Positions 34,201-40,469 of a DNA stretch of 64,000 nt are shown piece after piece. Made by a program: the position numbers and the translations under genes. The notes beneath the pieces are model-generated. The model was not told where the DNA came from. It saw nothing but the letters and a program-made list of their open reading frames with translations, and made no database searches. How positions within the stretch are numbered: position 1 is the first letter of the stretch; each line of letters begins with the position of its first letter. The stretch lies in assembly GCA_036867785.1 (NCBI GenBank), contig CP145410.1:744001-808000 (forward strand), read 5' to 3'. The stretch comes from Plasmodiophora brassicae (Eukaryota).

Positions 34201-37200
34201 GGTGGACGAAACGTCGAGCCAGAGCCGACTTGCCGACTCCCGGTTCGCCAAACAGGACTACAGGGCAATGCTGAACAGAGACACCTGTGTCTCGTCGGAA
34301 AGCCTCTTGGAGAGCTTCCACGTGCTGCTCGCGGCCGACCAGCTCGTTCTCAGCATCGAGCCCGATGATCAGGGTGTGCTCAATTGGCGTGGAAGGTACG
34401 CGGTCGAGATCTGGTGTGTCAGGTGAGGAAGTCGGTGGCGTCTCGTTGACAGTCGACTCCTTCGTCTGCAACGATTCAGTCGACGGCGATGAAGTACCCT
34501 TGGAAAGTGGATGTTTGGAGAAGAACTCGACGTTGGCCAGGCTGCTGAAACGGACGCGGGCGTTACGTCCAGAAGGGCTAGGGGCTGAACCGGCCGCGCC
34601 GTGGCCTACTTCATCGTATAACAGCTGAAGCGCTGCCTCGTCGATTATGTCGCCAAGAGACGATAGATTAGCCTGGCGATAGCCCAGCAAGCGCATATCC
34701 CTTTTCGTTGCCGTGCGATCGTTCGTGTCTCCTTCCGATTCGACCTCACCCACAATGCGCTCTTTGAGCAGCGGTAGCAATAACATGGCGAACCCGTGCT
34801 GGCGAATCAGCGCCGCATACTGCTGCATGTGTGATGAAGCCATGGAGTCACCCGCGGTCCCGGGAACGATGTCCGCTTTAGGCGCCGGTGGAGTAGACGA
34901 CTGGGCGGCAAGCGTCTTGGCCTTTGATCCGAGGTCGGGCCGGCCAAGGGTCCCAATAAGGCGATGCGCCATGGCCTCCTCGTAGGGAAGGCGGAAAGAT
35001 ACAGCCAGGCCAAGTGCTTGGACCCAGTCAGATGTTGCCTGCTTGATGCGAGTCGGATCGCGAGTGATCGTCAGCAGTCCGTTGATAAGAAGATAACGTG
35101 GTTTAGCCAGCGGTACACGGTCCGCAAGCTCGCGAAACGTACGAACGCATGTAACGGCAAGGTCAAGGCCTTGGCGCACCTCCTTATCGCTGACATTATA
35201 GGCCAGCTCCCTGTAGTGCAGAATGGTGACCTGAGCCATCCAGGCGATTGCAGACAGAGCGTCGTATGCGACTCCGTGAGCAAGCCCAGCAATAACGGTG
35301 GCATGGGATAGGGCTTCATCGCGACGTCCCTCGTACCAGTCGGAAGCCATTCGACATGCTCGCCACTGAACCCGAGACCGGATATCGTCGATCAAGTCGG
35401 ATTCGCTAATGCCACCGAGAACCTCAGCGGTTGCACGGGTCTCCCCGTTAAGCAATCGTGCAAGAGCCAGCAGAATAGATGCACGACTTTGACCCCAGCG
35501 GAAAGAGCACCATTCAGATATCTGGTACATGCGCTGGACCACGTCCTTCACATCGTTGACTCGCCCCCATGTCAAGTATATGCCGGCTAGCTGGTCCAGA
35601 GCTCGGACGCTGTGATGGGGACTATTCACCGTTGTGAAAAGATCGCTAGCGTTGCGAAGGTACTCCAGAGCACGATCGATATCACCATATACAGCACAGG
35701 AAACGCTGGCTAATCGCATCCAGATGTAGCCCTTGACAAACATAGAGAACGGAGCATTTCCGGCAGAATTACGGTCATCATCCAGGCGCGCCAGCGTTCG
35801 CCTAAAGAACCGCCGACAAGCATGACGGCGCCCTTCGGTCAAGCCGCCCATCATCATATGGGCCATGGCCAGAACACGCTGCTCAAACGAGCCGGCTAAG
35901 TCAGCGGATCTGATGGCGAGGATAGCAGTATCAACGACAAGCCGGCCATCACCCATCTCGATAGCAATGTGGCTCAGCAAATTATAGGCTTTGGCGCGCT
36001 CCAGGAGGCGGGGTGTAATCGTATCCCCAGACGACATTCTCTTCGCATTGTTCATCACCATGCGTCTCAGGACCATGCACGAGCTGAAATCTCCGCTCAT
36101 TGAGCTTACCATAGAACAACAGCGATGATCAGAATCGGGAACGTAGCCACCCAGATTACGAATTGCGGATTCGACCAGCGGCCGGCACATTTGAAGTTCG
36201 AAATTCTCGAAATATGACTTTGCGACACTTCGCTGGAGCTTCGCGATCTCAAAACGATCGTTAGGAGAAAACCGCTGAAGCAAGGCAAGACCCTTTCCAG
36301 AGTTCAGCGATGCGGTTGCGAAATCGCCAAGAGAGAAAGCGGCATCGCCAGCTAGTCGATAATACTGGATCGCATTGTGCAAGCGGCCAGCACGTTCAAA
36401 GTGCCCCGCCAAATCGGCCGATGTTGCTGGAATCGTTTCCAAACGGCCAACAAGAAGCATGTCCTGCTGCTGGCGCTCGAGACGATCGACGATCAAGTTA
36501 TGATAGACGGAGGAGTCCGCAGCTGAAAGCAATTCATAGACGATGCCTTTCATAAGTGGTTGCCGAAACGCGTAGGTCACTTTAGGCACAGTCGCCGTTG
36601 TGACAATGAAATCGTTAGCTTCAAGCTGGGCCAGGTTCTCCAGAAGCCGCTCGTCATCGTACGGCGAAATGGCTTGCAGAAGTTCCAGCGGAAACACGAC
36701 GCCAATGACCGAAGCACATTTGAGAACCTCTTGTTGAGAAGGAGTCAGGCTGTCCAGCCGACTTGTGATGATCTGTTCTAGCATGTACTGGACAATCTCA
36801 TGTGCAGTCTCTGTAAATCGGTGAGGCGATATGTTCGCCTCCAGCAGCCCCGATGCCAGCGCAACGACCAAATACGGATTGCCTTCGCTGGATTTGTGCA
36901 CCGTGTCCAACAGCGACTCAGGCAACTGTGTCATATGGAGTCTCAGACACAGTAGCGCCTCGATGTCTCGCCTTGACAGTGGACCAAGCTTGACGCGAAC
37001 GAAGTACGGCAGGCTCCTGAAGTCTTTCTGGGCACGCGATGTCTTCTCCTGCACTGATGACAACTCTGAATGGGTACCGTTCGACGGAGCCGCCAGAGCA
37101 ATGGTCATCGCCTCTGCGTTCTTCTTCCCGTTGGTGCTTGGTGACGAATCGGCGTTCGCGGCAACCAACGATGCCGGGCTATTGACAGGCGGAAGCGGGC

Positions 37201-39733
37201 GAGATGTCAGTATGACGACCATCTTCGGAGGCAGCCGACAGCAGATGTAATTGAGATGAAACGCTGATAGGGGATCTAGATTCCGTAGATTTTCAACGAT
37301 AAGGCAGATCGGGCCGTGCATCTCGATGACGACTCGTAACAGATGGAGTAGTGCACGACTTCGTGGGCGCTGGTCACCATACCCTGAGCCCGACGAGTAC
37401 TTCGACTTGCCGGAAGACGATTTCGACGAACCGTAGAGAGCCTTCTTCGCTCTTCCGGTATGTCTTCCCGTCGCCGATGCGACTCGAGAAGTTGACGCTC
37501 CAATACCGATGATTTCCTCCACATCGCGAGCGGTTAGTCTCTCCTTACCGGCCATAACTTCCAGCATGGACGCGATCGGCAGCTTGGAGTCGGTGTCAGG
37601 AGGGCAGCACGATAGTATAAGCGGTGCAAGGATAGCATTCCACATTATCAGGGGGACCCCATCCGACATGCGGTTCGCGGCAAAGTGGAAGATGTCGCAA
37701 TGGAAATCTTGTGCGATCTCCCATATGCCTTGAACAAGGCGGGTCTTCCCCATCCCCGCTTCACCCTCAATTAAAAGGACAGACTTTCTGTTCGGATCCG
37801 GCTTGTCGCAATGAAGTTGAACGAACATTTGCTTGGCGATTGCCATTTCGGTGGCACGCCCGAGCATCAGGGTAGATGGACGTTCCAAAGACTGCTGAGG
37901 CACGGACGGTATCGGCCTGAAGATCTGAACGATGCCCAGGCGTCCTTTGACCTTGATGGGCTCCATTTTTTCAAAGTCAATCCACTGCGAGCGCCCACGA
38001 GAGTAGGCGGCGCGCTGGGTTTCACCGTCGCAGAGCAGGCCGTTATGCGACGCAACCATCAGCCGAGCGCTCAGGTTAACGATATCGCCAACGATGGCGT
38101 ATTCGCAACGAGTCTCGTCTCCCACTGAACCGCAGAAAGCCCCGCCGGTCGTGATGCCGATACCAGTTCGCATGCCCATGTCACCCAATTCCGACTGAAT
38201 CGTTAGCGAGGCCTGAATGGCACGAACGGGATCGTCGTCGTGAGAGTTGTACGGCAAGCCGAAAGCGGCAATGGCAACCGTGCCTTTGTCGTCTTGGATC
38301 AGCTGGCGAAGAGTGCCGTCGAATCGGTGCAACGCCTGCTGGATCGACCTGAACGCCTTCTGGTTCGACTGGATCTGCTGATCGGTATCGTAATGAAAAT
38401 CGGGAAGGTTGATGAAGACCATAGTAACCTGGCGTCTTTCTCCAATCAGCCCCTGTTTGCCCGCATTCAAAGCGAGAATAACGGATCGTGGCAAATAGCA
38501 GGCCAGGGCCAACTCGATAGGACGACAGTTCCGGGATCTCGAAAGGAACTGCATGAGATCAGGAACTGAATCCAGAACGGGAGACACGGGGGTATCGACA
38601 GACGTCAACAGGAACAAATCGTCGTCACGTACGGCAACCTGACAATGCCCTTTGATTAACTCGTACACTGAAGACTGCATGACGACTTCGCCTCGGACAG
38701 CCGACTCCAGGGCACGGCCCATCTCAACGATCGGTTGCCCGGCAAACATGTACTCCCACCGGTGCTCGATCCCGCCGAAATGCAACTCGTGCAGCATACC
38801 AGCCGATATACCGGAATGAAGGTCCAGGTTGATGCCAAGCGCTTTCAAAGTGGCCATCCCCTCTTGCATGTCGAGAGCCGCCCGAGCCGCCTTCAGCCCG
38901 CATTCCAGCAGATCGGCAGGGTCGTCAGATCGGGGGCGGAACACGGACAACAAGGCGTCGCCAGCAAACTTGGTGACATCGCCACCATACTTGCGAACGA
39001 TATCGATGAATCGAGAGAATACCGTGTTGAGGATACTGGCAAGCCGTTCGCCACCGGTCTTCTGCAGAACGCCAGATGCAGATGCAGATGTGGTGGCTGG
39101 CGCCATAGTTTTCCCTTTGAACGTGTCGGCAGCCTCTGAAGTGGCATTGGCTGTTGTCGACCCAGGTGTCGATGGTTTTACATCCGACGTTGAGCTTGGC
39201 TGGCCGCGAGCCGGCACGGTGCCAGGCTGGCCGACACCCTCGTTTCGCAGCCCTTTCGCGAGATCAGCAGCCAGCTGAGTAAACCCGCTGATGTCGGACA
39301 AGAGGACGACCCCGAAGAACCGGTTCCTGACGGCATCTGTTGACAAGGAACTTCCCGTGACATGTTTGCCAGTAACCAGAATTCGTAGCGAGACAGCTCG
39401 AGGGACGTATCGCGACAGGATCTGCAGGCGATGAAGTTGCTCGTCGGCCTGAACGTCCGAGCCGACGCCGATAACACGCCACCGGTTCAACACCTCGGTG
39501 TCGGATAGCACGGAAGGAACCAAAGAAGATCGGGACGATTCGATCACGGACCGAGGCAAAGAGCTCCCATTGACAGTGGTAGACTGTCGTCGTTGGGTGG
39601 TCGGGGAGTCCAGACCGAGGTTGGTGCCAAGCGAGGCCCGGCGACCCGAGCGCTGCCGATTGGTGAAGCTCTGCATGCTGTGCATGGAGGAGCGCCCGGG
39701 CTCGTCAACCACCTTGTCCAGTACGGGCATCAC
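25220..39733 (-). CDS. Giant (4837 aa) uninterrupted class III nucleotide cyclase (ADCY10/sAC-like C1-C2) with three STAND AAA-TPR modules and a second degenerate cyclase pair
   Basis: C1: LLSDISGFT, YGGDVTKFAGDAL; C2: RRQVTMVF, IQDDKGT, FGLP..HDDDPVRA, GITTGGAFCG, RCEYAIVGDIVNLSARLM; Walker A GEAGMGKT (~37750) and GEPGVGKS (~34240); GNP motifs; helical TPR-like regions; third module YVGR...LILVVDRAERLD...GGHP. Confidence 0.9.
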   Translation of the reverse strand: MMPVLDKVVDEPGRSSMHSMQSFTNRQRSGRRASLGTNLGLDSPTTQRRQSTTVNGSSLPRSVIESSRSSLVPSVLSDTEVLNRWRVIGVGSDVQADEQLHRLQILSRYVPRAVSLRILVTGKHVTGSSLSTDAVRNRFFGVVLLSDISGFTQLAADLAKGLRNEGVGQPGTVPARGQPSSTSDVKPSTPGSTTANATSEAADTFKGKTMAPATTSASASGVLQKTGGERLASILNTVFSRFIDIVRKYGGDVTKFAGDALLSVFRPRSDDPADLLECGLKAARAALDMQEGMATLKALGINLDLHSGISAGMLHELHFGGIEHRWEYMFAGQPIVEMGRALESAVRGEVVMQSSVYELIKGHCQVAVRDDDLFLLTSVDTPVSPVLDSVPDLMQFLSRSRNCRPIELALACYLPRSVILALNAGKQGLIGERRQVTMVFINLPDFHYDTDQQIQSNQKAFRSIQQALHRFDGTLRQLIQDDKGTVAIAAFGLPYNSHDDDPVRAIQASLTIQSELGDMGMRTGIGITTGGAFCGSVGDETRCEYAIVGDIVNLSARLMVASHNGLLCDGETQRAAYSRGRSQWIDFEKMEPIKVKGRLGIVQIFRPIPSVPQQSLERPSTLMLGRATEMAIAKQMFVQLHCDKPDPNRKSVLLIEGEAGMGKTRLVQGIWEIAQDFHCDIFHFAANRMSDGVPLIMWNAILAPLILSCCPPDTDSKLPIASMLEVMAGKERLTARDVEEIIGIGASTSRVASATGRHTGRAKKALYGSSKSSSGKSKYSSGSGYGDQRPRSRALLHLLRVVIEMHGPICLIVENLRNLDPLSAFHLNYICCRLPPKMVVILTSRPLPPVNSPASLVAANADSSPSTNGKKNAEAMTIALAAPSNGTHSELSSVQEKTSRAQKDFRSLPYFVRVKLGPLSRRDIEALLCLRLHMTQLPESLLDTVHKSSEGNPYLVVALASGLLEANISPHRFTETAHEIVQYMLEQIITSRLDSLTPSQQEVLKCASVIGVVFPLELLQAISPYDDERLLENLAQLEANDFIVTTATVPKVTYAFRQPLMKGIVYELLSAADSSVYHNLIVDRLERQQQDMLLVGRLETIPATSADLAGHFERAGRLHNAIQYYRLAGDAAFSLGDFATASLNSGKGLALLQRFSPNDRFEIAKLQRSVAKSYFENFELQMCRPLVESAIRNLGGYVPDSDHRCCSMVSSMSGDFSSCMVLRRMVMNNAKRMSSGDTITPRLLERAKAYNLLSHIAIEMGDGRLVVDTAILAIRSADLAGSFEQRVLAMAHMMMGGLTEGRRHACRRFFRRTLARLDDDRNSAGNAPFSMFVKGYIWMRLASVSCAVYGDIDRALEYLRNASDLFTTVNSPHHSVRALDQLAGIYLTWGRVNDVKDVVQRMYQISEWCSFRWGQSRASILLALARLLNGETRATAEVLGGISESDLIDDIRSRVQWRACRMASDWYEGRRDEALSHATVIAGLAHGVAYDALSAIAWMAQVTILHYRELAYNVSDKEVRQGLDLAVTCVRTFRELADRVPLAKPRYLLINGLLTITRDPTRIKQATSDWVQALGLAVSFRLPYEEAMAHRLIGTLGRPDLGSKAKTLAAQSSTPPAPKADIVPGTAGDSMASSHMQQYAALIRQHGFAMLLLPLLKERIVGEVESEGDTNDRTATKRDMRLLGYRQANLSSLGDIIDEAALQLLYDEVGHGAAGSAPSPSGRNARVRFSSLANVEFFSKHPLSKGTSSPSTESLQTKESTVNETPPTSSPDTPDLDRVPSTPIEHTLIIGLDAENELVGREQHVEALQEAFRRDTGVSVQHCPVVLFGEPGVGKSALARRFVHLVTTENQTIRAFVMYGELSYKQQPYLPVIRLVRKMIGEYGRTLGVMSVFTIMDILFNRIPHYNKFREVMMHVIYSSDGVQQPALRQMSEVARAQVLAHVFNELIRGVSQAFPFCLVCEDIQWFDSGTWHVLGCMAANPIAGAFIICTLQTIAETGEFARAALPEGNFYLPVATTQWLRVEPLRRQSLSLFACCVLRATHLTTRLEILLMDKTRGNPLAALQVMTAINEAGLMAVQGGSVDLTADVVDVLFAISGSSADLTLRRTSFLSTNQIKLLRLASVIGVSFPLNVLRMLSTQYMDTRLFKAELSRLSQLGWLLLANMRSSSPRVSFPHSSTRDDVYNTMPDPIRRRLHVAVAEYYESGSTSSAYMFSQVAKHYRLGQVFSLDRKFSLLAGEQFMYLFMKAEALDILSHVVESGGESSSQVGEHSRVMRAQLLARLAYVHMQAEEWPEAQRLLTVALTCVNDSAASISASALGLSIRLGVGHLLLCSPASCCARYRRSPHEPSKVSGSHDSAKKVDVSVAPCKLPTSAPAGGVVGFDLVVDGLHAALRDSMSRTERELGNLERALLFAIRALLSSPPLSALPSADILALRYSWLILLISELGYDNGALLNMACVLAKRCIRVSRQPRTLAESLDLIWQAASAFGYWRTAVNIAGLTQQFYREDLFDVPVTIRIGQHLGIMHMFLGDVKAAAVALGEATFLAAKVHFLDSPTLSASRLLEALVLIGTVDFEAPVGEAPTNARAPSTVSSDGEAGGQATTGASAALLTSAPKMSVIESMAKKLVYPAVSRAGVERLLADPQKPASSSDAAVLLASLDAQVAMRTGAFGRAYTTSVSLRKRVHGISRLQVVLGALTAAEVLVNLAVQGRFDHNKRGSVSVSNDRERRDNGENDELLAAIGCGTWRTLLSQADTAVHELYLISSRAPFCRAHFLLWHAALLWCKGLAWIDVAHMLNAADDAAIEFNLPGTRGVINFFMAHVLTEKSTSQSRPRRHARLALSLCNDHYYLARLRRRFQNIDNDPHIEEEAKDGDLSSRSLARRRNEDRMMSMARIIRDRWPVVLDQMAVNADSEVDLPEVSKLTQMPHPLAGNTGLTFANVEDGFAASGDDESVSNEDLLRQPSLNSVSASAPNLGRMRSIPEHRDPPSTSTEPPAPMTPFSSSSSESGDDDQEPAPTEAEDDNEQVPEALSGADGEPKQNADVESKQSALSRVKTFTRGETLSPSTAAPSVSRTPYSSVTRLPTTIYTIGSTLLGSLASVTQQSLPPPICATPSDSAWASILPRPIAYGSICSTGSADVCLPISSTTNTVTPSLTTSNASNLKSKAIAASLEPVTSWAVVLRVCIPDRLASVSKQSSRGEYAAVFAVLLDCVERFRGAVLELTDQHLLAVWDACATSSQASLCSKAMLCALAMRHALQERTFKDRFDFRWLMACDDIVFVNTRGVNAMRGFIGIGPAVNDVHLWSDEGKIVVHKDMLKLLRLCGRVDVRREGDDRIYAVVHGFQPSNASDDGVVQDGGAQTLISLIRQYQVLKTASFVAAPFVRLPTRRHAPGVIVPPNGDSSQHNHRLLQRSGNTAMGTTPNVSGMSAPITSGNDLLQINLPGQVGSSASSFESVALSPGSVFASSASDDPALDLIVIAVRVELPQQDPLKACRFIDVLSFELQTMRFSEPHCLHISLSSSGLHLSALVAVDAAAELGPPVAFMFALRLSRLIGSACNVGIGSGPGWLYTVSALEDTVAIGPAVRHAQIALSIAKSNIVIDENTQDAFEKSIITHEYDEAAMAAAEATNTSVPLGASRLAQQGKLDAQQMQQQQQQQQQQPPSAGGHTSTTATAAAAASIQLRVYFVLDAVELACVRRLQSLSRSVLYVGRYDLRSRLQNMVVSRLDMNHGLLVQIRSHTGGLSGLLRNLVQVTPALLACSHRPAFLLTYLPPAGNALPPGTAIRHLVKQFFKPVAAAAGGGAALRAKVMSTTNRMAPRLARDLWLLNPLLDIDGDGFPAPPASDATMSPRAPDSSTNGHRAAQLLSIVVGMLLPPGRRLILVVDRAERLDPWSAICIDELVGHAPSTFAILGYNESAPEARRVPIGQSATSPASLIATLDTRVMHGEEFLSNCARESLLLPALSTEETALLVSLSLGGFLPSPEFLSFVSVSAGGHPNRIIAIARASYVVCERARRMRERTARDSNIRMDRVMTDQLTKPQRDVLAVCSVIGMRFEYRTLQAVLRLLNANPELNVDGATYPEEDADLDRELDAFLTKARLMVDATPPGSDMRQVAFASEAVLNSVASTVDIERKRRLHGVVASVLEELGAENDNQLAHHWRMARNYARCIMYQVRVGRSQRRDGAISKAIAAYRAAIAGSLSLSRQPSPAAGTDAFAAAPPITPVAVDAINVELAECYMLIEEYALAVDSLKNALLHLGRPVPMSHGLSVSTARARHWIRSLFKVHERPSGAVSTHHNRASVVSSAMSGVGGDDDLQQHRLMPPSTGMAPASSNAELIAIIRIYLLIAWNSVMVNNANEGFDAAMKAVDAAQALPVSSDPASEAMAAAADATISEYYLWHGWTDMAYSSAGRASRRAAAPTSPVTDLVTLYGAILDIASGNFALAEPKLKHCAVGRMLYEEPLLGYRLLLSQAVLAILQEDFVQARSSLTTLDRACTQYGSVVMHRHIATLNAFMALQYNELETCRTLLLGEYRGEVELSITGQGILCLVYLRLGQTSKASAWFGTLFLDYSTRTDIARWDDILQHVLIAEYLVQILLDTPRAAAAATQNQPPLAAAAAAGGGGAGAGAGAAAAASKTLLLPGSNPVGGAAAASPGALTTAGRARNHDAIDVAEARRNLAVVVRRLKDFASRYAFARGIADLYAGCLELLESLSNGSASPSIGTLQRAIGVLELTDLRFFDARARFIIGSHCGFRDPRDHQMLISARQYFSVLLNSHYLNLVDEALQRLPLTDLFSKSSARRERIMSDAVNEVVLGAFTKRPSVPDGRPPQE
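28741..28782 (-). repeat. CAG/CAA trinucleotide repeat encoding poly-Gln inside the giant cyclase
   Basis: ttgctgctgctgctgttgctgctgctgctgcatctgctg on plus strand; QQMQQQQQQQQQQ in the translation. Confidence 0.9.
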
Positions 39734-40469
39734 CTTCCCATATTACGGGGCGTATCCGAGATTGTCGTCCAATGACGCAGTCGCTTAAGTCTCAGATCGA
39801 CATGGTACACGCGATCGGTCCAAACATGGAACGACGCGCCACAGAAAATAAACCATAAGCCCATGCAGACATCGGTCGCAGGTACTGACCTTGTCAAACC
39901 GATCATCGAGTCACGTCGCCGCTGTAGTCGGTCTCCGCGGCAGGGCATACGATTCCCTCCAATTGTTTGCTATGAGCCCGCCCCCCTTCCTCGCGTCGGC
40001 ATCGTCGTTTGGATCATGAATTCGCCGGAAGGCAACGGTTCTTCGAAGCATCTGCCTCTTATGCGCGTCGTTGCTGTGCTATCCGATCTGCCGCCGCCAA
40101 TATAATGGCCGTACCCCGCAGGACACGACGTTCGTCTGACTGCCGACATCTCCAGTCATGAAGAGCTGCAGCTAAAAAATGCGCAACGGCTTGGCGCGTC
40201 GTCCAGGAACGCGTCTGCATGGGGCCGAGATCTGGCAGATCGATTTGCCCACCATGGCGATCCGTTCTGCACGACCAGTGAACTTATGGAAAGGAATGTC
40301 GAGTTCTTTGTGGTTTCCCATCTTGTTTTAGGCGATAACATCGGCGGGACGTTGCCGGAGCGAGGAGTCGTACGGAATCGCAGGCGGATCCCGCTTCGAG
40401 GGACGCGTGCCGTGATGCCAACGATATCGTATCGTGTCTGGGAGACGCAGGCCGTCGTTGACGTAAACA

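Noticed and set aside
39860-40450. Possible small gene or upstream exons between the cyclase and kinesin starts
   Set aside because: Open stretch (HEELQLKNAQRLG...) lacks a convincing start, splice sites or family similarity
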